Shown here piece by piece: positions 52,754 through 64,000 of a stretch of 64,000 nt of DNA. The stretch's first letter is position 1. Each line of letters opens with the position of its first letter. The notes beneath the pieces were generated by a model, which did not search any database, was not told where the DNA came from, and worked only from the letters and a program-made list of their open reading frames with translations. A program made the position numbers and the translations under genes. Source of the DNA: Paraspadella gotoi (lineage: Eukaryota > Animalia > Chaetognatha); the NCBI GenBank assembly GCA_051294375.1, contig CM119264.1, positions 795,477-859,476 of the forward strand, written 5' to 3'.

Positions 52754-55530
52754 ATAACGTTTTCTCTCCTTATATTAAAACGTTTTCGATATACGAGTAT
52801 GTTTAAATATGAACTTTGACCTTTAATGCTTTATTCAATCAGCCACCTTTCTTGCCCGTGGCACAGTCCTCTGCTCCCCAATGGTCACTCAGCTTTAACT
52901 ATATTTCGTTGACCCTTTGTTTCTTTCTTTGTTTCTTTGTTGACTATCTTTCGCGTTTATTTCCGATTGATCACGTGACGACCAAACGTACAACATTCAC
53001 TGCCTCCGAATTTCGTTTTAAATTTTATTTATTCATTTTTACGATTTCTTTTAAATAGTAAAGGAAGCGCCTGTAGTCACCTAGATTCATTCGAGTCATC
53101 GTAAATAACAAAAGAGCAACCAAATTTAAGCCGCGTTAAATTTCGGGTCACATGATGCCGTGACTTCACAAGTATTGATACACATGCACATTAAAGAACT
53201 TATAGTATCTCACTATCATACCAAATATGAACTAAATTATCACCAAAGTTAAGAAAAATTTTAACATAAGAGGGACAGACCGACAGACATACAGTCAGAC
53301 CGACAGAACCGTTACAGACCTTACCGACCGACCTTAAAGTGTCTTATCGAGTTGTGCATTCATTCTCCAATCCAATTTCATCTTACTTTAAAATTTCTTA
53401 TCGCCAAGTTCTTTTTTTTCTTTTTTTTTTTTTTTTTTTTTTGCATTCCTTCTCATTCTCATTTATTTTGCATTCTTGTCTCATTCTCACTTTTCTATCA
53501 TTATTTCTCTTCTTCTTTCTCGATTTTAATTCTTTTGCTTCTTTCTCTCTTCTCTCTTTTCACCCTCAATTCTTTCTCTCACTTCTTTCCCCTTTGATTT
53601 TCGCGTGGCGTAATGAAATTCTTAAACTCCTCTTCCTCCTCCTCTTCCTCCTCGCCTCTTCTCCCTCCTATCCTCCTCCTCTTGTCTCTCCCTGCTCTCC
53701 TCTCCTCTTCTCCTCCGCTTCGACTCCTCCCCTCCTCTCTCCTCCTCTCCTCCAAATGCTTACAATCCCATTCCCAATTTCTCCCAGATAAAAATGTGAC
53801 CCTTTGACCCGACATAAAAGTGGCCCCGACCCGATTCCTTCCTCTCTTACCCTTACCCGTTTCTACTTTCCCCTAACCTACCTCTATTCCTATTACACTA
53901 AACGCGCTAACCCCACCGAAACAAACTTTCTTGCTTCGTACGGAGCTTTTGGAACCAATGCGATCGATCCTCCTTATTGTAATTCCAAGTTGGGTGTGAA
54001 CGATTTTTATTCGAGAAGCTGAAGTATCTGTTGTAAAATATACAGGAGGTCGCGCGAAACCTATAATGGGACGTAACTAATGACTAACTAATACTAACGA
54101 TGAAGCTGTTAATGCACGCGACAAAAACGGTTTATTGAAAAGAGAAACAGAAGGATTAATATTTGGCGAAACAGGCTAAATTTTTTTCCAGTCGATTCAA
54201 AAAACGTTTGAGAAAAATCCAAACAGCTAAAGACTGTATTTAAAAGTTGTGTGCGGCGTGAAGCTTGTCTACAAATTCCGTGAAAGATTCAAGGAGTAAG
54301 GATGATATGGACCTGCTAACTCTTGTTGGTTTTGAAGCAGTTTTTCTCTTTGGACTAGCAAATGCCCCATGATTAATGATTTCCTTTAAAAGACTGTCGA
54401 CTGGAGAAAGTCATGGTTGCGCAAAGGGAAATATGTTTTTAATTGATTGTGTTTGTCATTTACAATTGGGTTTTACAAGTGGTACTTAATGTTTAATATA
54501 ATTAATTTTGTTTATTTTAGGCCATCCGAGAAGACGAATTTTTTTTTAAAAGTCATCCACGCAAAAGAGTTGGACATACCTGTATAATATAGTAATTTAT
54601 TCTAATTATTCTTATTTTGTCTTTCTAGATATTGTCTTTCCTATCGTAAATATTTTTTATCTATCCCCGATATCATGTTCCTATTTAGATTGCCCTTGAT
54701 CTTTGGTCCGAGAACAGTTGACAGCCAAGATTTTCTCTTTTTCTCTTCTCTCCTCTCGTTTCTGTCTCTATTCGTTGCAAAGAAATAAGATGTTTTTGTA
54801 CATAACCAGAAGCTGTCATCTCTCCCTCTCCCGTGCTTTTTAACGACTCGTCTCGCTCTCGTCTCTCACTCGCTCTCTCTCCTCTCCCTCTCTCTCTCTC
54901 TCAGAGGTTCTCGCTCCTCTCCTCCTCCTTTCTCGTCTCTCTCATCTCTCTCTCTATCTCTCCTCTCTCGTCTCCCAGCCACAGTGGGCGCCTTGGCGCC
55001 ACTGCCTTTTTTTCCCTTCAAATTCTGAGCGAATTAATATTCATTCGTATTCGCTTTGCTTGTTTATGTCATCGTCGTTCGTTTGTCGTCCGTCATGCTT
55101 CGTCGTCGTTCGTGTTGTCTCGTCGTCTGTGTCACCATCGCGTTGCAGCGACACGTGTCTTGTTTGTCAATGTCATGCCTCAAAGGCGCAGGGATGCAGA
55201 AACGATCAATTGTCTTTTGAATTAAAAGATGAGCATCTTGTTGTCACCCAACTTTCGTTAGACGAGAGTTAGATCGAGAACGGTGTTAATAGTTATACAA
55301 CAGACAAAAATCAGTAAACAGGCGGAAATTAATAGTTTAACGGGCCGGACTGGCGGGTACTGTAAAGGAACGGTCGCCCAGGTTTAAGAAACTCATGGCC
55401 AGATCGGAAAATGGGAATTCCACATGGAGGGGGGAAAGGAGAGAGGGGAAGAAGAAGAGAGAAGAGTAGAGAGAGAGAGAGAGAGAGATGAGAGATGAAG
55501 AGAGAGATGAGAGAGAGAGAGGAGAGAGAT

Positions 55531-55567
<37 letters not shown>

Positions 55568-56128
55568 AGCTTAAATAGGCGTTTCCACCAATGAAGGCCA
55601 TTGTCTGTCACACCCACACAAATACAGCTGATTGTCATAAAATCATTGTGTTTAATTATGTCCGTAAAAGTCTAAAGACGAATTACGGTACTTTCTTGCT
55701 CTGCTCAATAGACTCTGGACTCTAAGCGAAATGTTCTTTCTTTTCTTTTTTCTTTTCTTTTTCTTTTCTTCGTTCTTTGTCTTTTTCTTTTCTCATTATT
55801 CTTTTCACCGCATTCTTTGGCTATCGAGAAACTTAGAGGCGGCCGAATCTCGCATGCCCGTGCGAAAAACTTCTCATCCCCAAACTATGCGTTTGATTAC
55901 GGTGTACTGACCGATCGACTCGTGAACTGATGATGCATGCTGCACAGACTGATCGGTTCATTATTTGATTTGCAATTTGAGTGACTAGACTGACGTCGAT
56001 CGGCAGGAATTGAAGCCAAAAATATATATATAATATATAAACATAATAAATATTACTTACATGTTCATTTGAATATAAATTGTTAGACTAATACTGATGT
56101 ACTNNNNNNNNNNNNNNNNNNNNNNNNN

Positions 56129-57398
56129 TTTTTTTTTTTTGCATTCCTTCTCATTCTCATTTATTTTGCATTCTTTCTCATTCTCACTTTCTATCATTAT
56201 TTCTTCTTTCTCGATTTTAATTCTTTTGCATTCTTTCTCCTTTTCACCCATCAATTCTTTCTCTCACTTCCTTTCCCCGTTGATTTTGCGGGCGCGATAA
56301 TGAAATTCTTAAACTCCTCTTCCTCCTCCTGCATCCTCCTTGCCTCTTCTCCCTCCTATCCTCCTCCTCTTGTCTCTCCTCGTGTCCTCTCCTCTTCTCC
56401 TCCGCTTCGACCTCCTCCCCTCCTCCTCATCCTCCTCCCCAAATGCTACCAATCCCCATTCCCAATTTCTCCCAGATAAAAATGTGACCCTTTGACCCGA
56501 CATAAAAGTGGCCCCGACCCGATTCCTTCTTCTCTTACCCTACCCCTTTCTCCTTTCCCCTAACCTACCTCTATCCTACCGCTAACCCAACCGAAACAAA
56601 CTTTCCTGCTTCGTATGGAGCTTTTGGAACCAAGCGATCGATCCTCCTTATGTAATTCCAAGTTGGTGAGCGATTTTATCGAGAAGCTGAAGTATCTTTT
56701 TAATTATACAGGGAGGTCCAGCTCTAATGGGACTAACTAATGGGACTAACTAACTAACTAATGGGACTAACTAATGCTTACAGCACAAAAACGGTTTATG
56801 AAAGAGGAAACAAAGGATTATATTTGGAAACGAGGCTAAATTTTTTTCCAGTCGATTTCAAAAACGTTTAAAAAATCCAACAGCTAAAACTGTATTTAAA
56901 GCTTTTTGCGTGACTTGTCACAATTCTGAAAATCAAGAGGAAGGATGATGACTGCTAACTTTTGGTTGTACAGTTTTTCTGACTGCAATCCCCATGATTA
57001 ATGATTTCCTTTAAAACTGTCGACTGGAGAAAGGTCATGGTTGCCAAAGGGAAATATTTTTAATTGATTGTGTTGTCATTACAATTGTTTACAAGTGTAC
57101 TAATTTTAATATAATTATTTTTTTATTTAGCCATCCAAACGATTTTTTTAAAGTCAGTCCCAAAAGAGTTGGACATCCCTGTATAAATATATAATTTATC
57201 TAATTATTTTATTTTGTCTTTCTATATTTCTTTCTATCTAAATATTTTTTTTCTATCCCCATTCATTTCCTATTTAATGCCCTTGATCTTTGGCCTGAAG
57301 AAGTTGACAGCCAAAGATTTTCCTTTTTTCTCTCTCATTCGTTGCAGAAAGATTTTTTTACATAACAGGAAGCTGTCATCTCCCCTCTCCGCTTTTTA

Positions 57399-57438
<40 letters not shown>

Positions 57439-58490
57439 GTCTCGTCGCTTCTCTCTCTCTCTCTCTTTCTCTCCTCTCTCTCGCCACATGGCGCCTTGCG
57501 CACTGCCTTTTTTCCCTTCAAATTCTGAGCGATTAATATTCATGTATGTCGCTTTGTTGTTTATTCATCGTCGTTCGTTTGTCGTCGTCGTCATCGTCGT
57601 CGTCGTTCGTTTGTCGTCGTCGTCGTCACCATCGTCGTTGCAGCGACGTCGTGGTTTGTCAATGTCAGCCTCAAAGGCGCAGGATGCAGAAACGAATCAA
57701 TTGTCTTTTGAATTAAGATGACATTTTGTTGCACCCAACTTTGTTGAGAGAGTTAGATCGAGAACGGTGTTAATAGTTATACAACAGACAAAAATCGTAA
57801 ACAGGCGGAAATTAATAGTTACAGGCCGGAACTGGCGGNNNNNNNNNNNNNNNNNNNNNNNNNNNNNNNNNNNNNNNNNNNNNNNNNNNNNNNNNNNNNN
57901 NNNNNNNNNNNNNNNNNNNNNNNNNNNNNNNNNNNNNNNNNNNNNNNNNNNNNNNNNNNNNNNNNNNNNNNNNNNNNNNNNNNNNNNNNNNNNNNNNNNN
58001 NNNNNNNNNNNNNNNNNNNNNNNNNNNNNNNNNNNNNNNNNNNNNNNNNNNAGCTAAATTAGCGTTTCACCAATGAAGCCAATTGTCTTCACACCCACAA
58101 ATACAAGCTGATTGTCATAAACATTTGTTTAATTATCCGTAAAGTCTAAAGACGAATGTACGGACTTTCTTCTCTCTCAAGACTCTGGACTTAGGAAAAT
58201 GTTCTTTCTTTTCTTTTCTTTTCTTTTCTTTTCTTCTCTTTTCTTCTCTTTTCTTTTCCCATTCTTTGCTATCGAGACTAGAGGCGCCGAATCCCCAAAC
58301 TTCGTTGTGATTAAGTTACTGACCGATCGACTCAATGATTGATTGACTGACTGACAGACTGATCGAGTTATTATTGATTGATTGAGTGACTGACTGACTG
58401 ATCGGCAGGAATTGAACCAAAAAATATATAATAAATATAAAATAATAAATATCACGCATTGATAAAATTGTTACTAATACTGATACTAAT
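56129..58490. repeat. Duplicate of ~53430-56103 across a 25-N gap (probable assembly artefact)
   Basis: Colinear. The left copy carries many extra inserted bases. Confidence 0.85.
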
Positions 58491-58515
58491 CCTTTTTTCA
58501 ACTGTACTATATACA

Positions 58516-58634
<119 letters not shown>

Positions 58635-58710
58635 AAACCCCACCCACCGAATTCGCTTTAACGCACTCCGACGAGATAATAAAAGAGTTTAAAGTTAAAC
58701 TCGCCTTAAA

Positions 58711-59015
58711 AGGCTCTCTATTTCAAGAATGCCCCATTTCTGTTCGTTTATCGCGAAATATAAATTTAATTCTATTATATAACGTAAATAATTTTTAAAA
58801 CTTTTAAACCAATCACTAGCCCTAATCCCTAATCTTAACCATATCCCGACCCTTAAGCTTTAACCCTTATCTAAATTTTCTAACCCAAACTCTAACCCTT
58901 ACTCCCTAACCTTAATCCCTAACCTCTAACCTCTAACCTTATTTGTAACTTTAAAAAAAATTAACCTAATTTCCGAATCTAAGATAAAATTCGGCGTTTT
59001 TGGAAAATAAGGCCC
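58711..59015. mobile_element. TIR element with CCCTAA-like interior
   Basis: GGCTCTCTATTTCAAGAATGCCCCATTTCTG ... AAGATAAAATTCGGCGTTTTTGGAAAATAAGGCCCG. Confidence 0.65.
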
Positions 59016-59136
59016 GTTCAGTTTCGTGTTTCTCTGCTAATTGCTTAGAAGAAGAAGAGAAAAAGAAAGAAGGAANNNNNNNNNNTCGTTAGAACATTTT
59101 TTTTTACAAAAAGAAAAAAAATTGTAGCGTCTTCGT

Positions 59137-59315
59137 GTTGAATACAGTTGAATACGATACAGTTGAATACAGTTGTATACAGTTGAATACGATACAGTAT
59201 AATACAGTTGAATACGATACAGTTGAATACAGTTGAATATGATACAGTAGAATACAGTTGAATACATTTGAATACGATACAGTTGAATACAGCTTAATAC
59301 AGTTAAATACGATAC
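59137..59315. repeat. Minisatellite of AATACAGTTG / AATACGATAC units
   Basis: Directly visible. Mixed 10- and 15-bp periodicity. Confidence 0.9.
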
Positions 59316-60269
59316 TGAAAGATTTTGTGACCTCGCGTCCGGTCGTTTTGCCCTCGTCATTGTGGTCAATTAGTTGACCTTTTCAGACGAGTATTTTTCC
59401 CGTTCTAGTCGCTTTCTCGTGACTTTTTTTTAGCCGAAAACCTCGTCACTTGTTATTCGATCAGAATCGTTTCTCTGGAAAAGATCGGCCATATAGAACC
59501 GTTGTTTTTACGGAATCCAAGGATATTAGTCATTTATTCGACATTTACGTCATTCGAGATTTAGAAAACCTTGCTCCATGTTAAAGCCAGTTTAACCTAT
59601 AGCCGACGAATCGAACGTGGCATAGAAAATAATAAACATTTTCTACAGATACAGTTGCCGAAATTTTATTTCGCTTTTTTTTTACGAAAGTCATGAAGTG
59701 TATGATAATATTAATAACATTTATTTTACATTATTTAATAAAAAAAGCTAGAAGCAACTTGCCTTTCATTAACTGATTACTCGTCATATGGAAAGCGAAT
59801 AAGTGTTTCAGCAGAATAAAATCTAGAAATAACCTCTCACGTAAATGAACTTTCTACGCGCTAGAGCGGGTTAGGTCTCTCTCTCTCTCTCTCTCTCGTC
59901 TCTCTCTCTGCTCTCTTTCTCGTAAGTATAGGTCATCTCTCTCTCTCTCTCTCTCTCTCCTCTCTCTCTGCTCTTCTCACACACACACGACACACACTAA
60001 AGTCTCTCTGATGATTTTCCATGGGTTTCACTAAGTTAACATTTCCTCCTTTTTTTCTCGTTACCACGAAATTCTGGCGCCAGGGTTCGAATTGCAACTT
60101 AGAAAGATGGGAGAAAGAGAAGAGAGGGAGAGAGATGGGAGAGAGGAGAGAAGGAGAGAGAGAGAGAGAGAGGAGAGAAGAGAGAGAGAGAAGAGAGAGA
60201 GAGAGTTTTTTTGAAAGAAACGAAATGAAGATCGGCGGTCGACGGAAAAAATGGTGATAGAACCTCTCT

Positions 60270-60346
<77 letters not shown>

Positions 60347-60804
60347 ACCGTAGAGAATTTACTTCCAACGCAGAACTCGGAGTCAAAGAAAAAACCCTTT
60401 TTTTTATTAATGATTTAAGTTAACGATGGATGTTAACCTTTCATCGATGTGTAATGCCTTTCCTATTCACATGTCAAGGCCCTTCTTTTTAGCTCCAGTC
60501 TTTTTCACTTTAGCAAAGGCCCCCTTCCTTTAACAGCTTCCAGGAATTTAGACTGTAGCAAAGGAGTATTATAATTAACACCTACATTTTGTAATCGCTA
60601 AATCGGTAAACAAAAAATTAACATTGTACTCAGGGAGTGAAAAAACTTTACTTGAGAGAGAGTCTTGATTGAAAGCTTGCAGGGACCTGCTATGTGTATT
60701 ATCTTGTAAGGAGTGATGGAGGCCTTAAACCACCCAAAGCCTGTGCAAAGAGGATGAGATTGTTTATTGGTTGTAAGATATTTTAATAACGATTAACGAT
60801 TAAA

Positions 60805-60895
60805 TTAATTATTTTATTATTAATTATTATTATTATTATTATTATATTATTATTATTATTATTATTAAGATTATTATTATTATTATTATTATTCA
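60805..60895. repeat. (ATT)n microsatellite
   Basis: Directly visible, just downstream of the dispersed repeat at 60655-60770. Confidence 0.95.
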
Positions 60896-62477
60896 ATTAT
60901 TCTTATTTTTCTTCGTTCAAATTGTATTCCGCCTGCACAAAATCTGAGCAAATGATTCCATCCCCTGGCTCCCAAGCCCCCAATGCCCCCCTAAGTCCCC
61001 TAGTCCCCCAGTCCCACCCCAAAGCCCCTAAGGCCTCTCTTCCCGGCCCCTCTATTTTATAACTCCTAAACCCGACAAAACCAACGGACTTTCAGCGAAT
61101 TCTCTTTGGCTAAATCTTTCTTTCTTTCTTCTTTCTTTTTTCTTTCTTTCTTTATTTCTTTATTTCTTTCTTTCTTTTTTTCTTCTTTTTTTTTCTTAAT
61201 TTCTTTCTCCTTACTTCCTTCCTTCACTTCTTCCTTCCTTCCTTCTCTTCTTCCTTCCTTCCTTCCTTCCTTCCTTCCTCCTTCCTTCCTTCCTCCATTC
61301 TAATTTCTTCTTTCTTTCTCTCTTCCTCCCAGTCACGCACTTTCTCTTTGCAACATAAGTAGTTTTCCATAAAAATTTCCACTCTACTAATTTCTAGTTC
61401 AACGATCTCCGTCTCTCTCTCTCTCTCTCTCTCTCGTCTCCTCTCTCTCTCTTCTCTCTCTATCTCTCTTTTTTTCTCTCTCTCTCTCTTTCTCTCTCTT
61501 CTCTTCTTCATCTCTCTCTTCTCTCTCTCTCTCTCTCTCTTCGCCTCTCTCTCTCTCTCTCTCTCTCTAACTACTCTCTCTCACCTTTTTTCTATCATTC
61601 TTCAATATTTCATTCTCCTTCCTACTTTTAACCCTATTTTTTATACTTAAACCTTTTCCTTATTCCTCCTTTTTCTCTTCAATATTCTCACTCTCTCTCT
61701 CTCCTTCCTTTCTTTATTTTCTAATAAATACTCTCACTCGCTCTCTCCTTCCCTCCTTTCTCCCCTCCCGCTCACCTCCTTTTACTTCTCCTCTTCCTCC
61801 TCTTTCTCCTCCAATGATTTTCTTGCCTTTTAGCTGTGGACGACCTGAATTAAGTTTTAGGAGGAGAGGCTCTTAAGGGAGAGGGAGAGGGAGAGAGAGA
61901 NNNNNNNNNNGAGAGAGAGAGAGAGAGAGAGCTAGTTTGAGAGACCCGAAATAAGTATCTTGGCGAAGAGGCGGGCAAATTAAAAAGATTGAAAACCAAA
62001 TTAAAACTGATTTTTTTTCCTTTTACCTCCAGATAACCCTCACACAATAAAATACGTATACAACCTGTTACTACTAATTCATAACATACAAGATAGCAAT
62101 ATAGCTCAGTTATTAAATGAATCGATAATCATTATATGGTTGTATAATTTTCATACATTATCGTCGTTTTGCCATTTTTCTCTTTAATTGTTGGGCATAT
62201 TTTCTTTTCTTTTCTTTTCTTTTCTTCCTTACTATTTTCCTATCTTTCTCCCACTCTCTCCCTTTCTTCTTCTTTTTTCTTCCTCTTTCTCCTCCTCCCT
62301 TTCTTCCTCTCTATCTCTCTCTTCCTCCGTCTCTTCCTCCATCACTTTCTCTTCCTCCCTTTTTTTCTTTTTCTTGTTCTCTTCCTCCCCCTCTTCCTTT
62401 CACACTACCTCCCTCCATCTCTTCCTCCATATCTTCCTCCATATCCACACTATCTATCTATCTATCTATCTATCTTC

Positions 62478-63900
62478 TCTCTTGTCCGTAGGAAATTACT
62501 TCCACCGCAAGAACTCGGAGTCAAAGTAAAAACCCGTTTGTTTTATTAATATTAATGTAACAGGTGGATGTTACCATTTCATCGATTGTTAATGCCTTCC
62601 ATTCCCATTCAAGGCCCTTCTTTTTAGCTCCAGTCTTTTTTCACTTTTAGCAAACGCATCCTTCCTTTACAAGCTTCAGGAATTTGACTGTTAGCAAAGC
62701 TAGTATTCAGTATTATATTACACCACTATGTTTGCTACTCCAATATCGTGTAAACAAAAAATTAACATTTTTATCAGGGGTGAAAAAGAAAACTTTACTT
62801 GTTAAGAAGTCTGATATGAAAGCTTGCATGAGGCCTGCTATGTTGATTATCTTGTAGAGTTTGGGAGGCCTAAACCATCCAAAGTCCCTGTGCAAAGAGC
62901 AAGAGATGAATTTATTGTTGTAAGAATTTTATAACGGATTATACGATTAAATATTATTATTATATTATTATATATATTATTTATTAGTATTTATTATTAT
63001 TTATTATTATTATATTATTATTATTATAGTGATTATACAGAGACTTCCATCTCTTAGTTTTGCTTGCGTGTTGCTCAATATCTCGCCGGCGTTATTCCGC
63101 TCGTCCATACGATCGTCTCGACCAATGGACCACAAACATACTGATCCCGCAAATGATTCCATCCTTCCTGGCTCCCCAGAGAACTAGTGTACTACGACTC
63201 CCGCCATCATAACCAGCTCAGCCCCTCCTCAGTCCCTCGCCCTGTTAGTCCCCTCCAGCCCACCGTCCAATAGCCCCCTTAATAGGCCTCTCTCTCTCCC
63301 GGCCCCTCTATGGAATTTTTTATTAACTTCCTAAACCCGACCAAAACAACGGTACTTTCAGCGAATTACTTTTGGCTCAAATCTTTCTTTCTTTCTCTTC
63401 TTTCTTTTTTCTCCGTTCTTTACTTTTATTTCTTATTCTTTCTTTCTTTTTTTTATTTTTTTTTTTCTTAATCTTCTATTCCTTACTTCCCTTCCTTCAT
63501 TCTCTTCCTTCCTTCTTCCTTTCGTTCTTGTCCTCTTCTCTTCGGCTTCCTTCGCTTCACTTCGTCCTTCGCTTCCGGTCCTTCCCTTCCTTCATTCTAA
63601 TTTCTTCTGTTCTTTCGTCTCCTTCCTTCTCCCAGTCACGCACTTTCTCTTTTGCAATAGAGTTTTCCATAAAAAGTTTCCACTCTACCTAATTTCTAGT
63701 GCAACGATCTCTCGTTCCTCTGTCTTCTCTCTCTCTCTCCTCTCTCTCTTTCTCTCTATGCTACTTCATTCTTTTTTTCTCTCTCTGCTCTCTTCGCTCG
63801 TCTCTTACTCTCGTTTCCCTCTCTCTCTTCTCTCCTCTCTCTGCTCTTCTCCCTCCGTTCTTCCTTCTCTTGCTCTGCTCTTAACCACTCTCTCTTCACC

Positions 63901-63953
<53 letters not shown>

Positions 63954-64000
63954 AATCTCTCTCTCTCTCTCACTATCTCTGATTCTTGGTTCGTCTCCCT
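62478..64000. repeat. Noisy duplicate of ~60340-61560
   Basis: Colinear from CTTGT.CCGTAG..AATT onward, with indel-type differences. Confidence 0.85.

Overview
Eukaryotic (invertebrate-like), AT-rich, repeat-dominated window. I can find no intact protein-coding gene: almost every ORF in the track is a translation of (GA)n/(CT)n or other simple repeats. The assembly looks gap-filled with uncorrected long reads. There are six gaps of exactly 25 N, and several multi-kb segments appear 2-3 times as indel-riddled copies, so the non-redundant content is well under 64 kb. Supportable content: (1) a frameshifted Ty3/gypsy-type integrase with PPT and 3' LTR at the left end; (2) two further related LTRs, each followed by an unusually long reverse-complement copy of a mature (CCA-ended) tRNA-Leu; (3) a tRNA-derived SINE family, one copy with its B-box segment tandemly amplified; (4) Helentron/DINE-1-like elements with terminal hairpins; (5) a polar TIR element family with telomere-like interiors, one carrying a Penelope-type minimal hammerhead ribozyme; (6) a possible decayed hAT transposase; (7) many mini- and microsatellites. 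I see no convincing novel multi-gene system. The best leads are small retroelement and RNA features.
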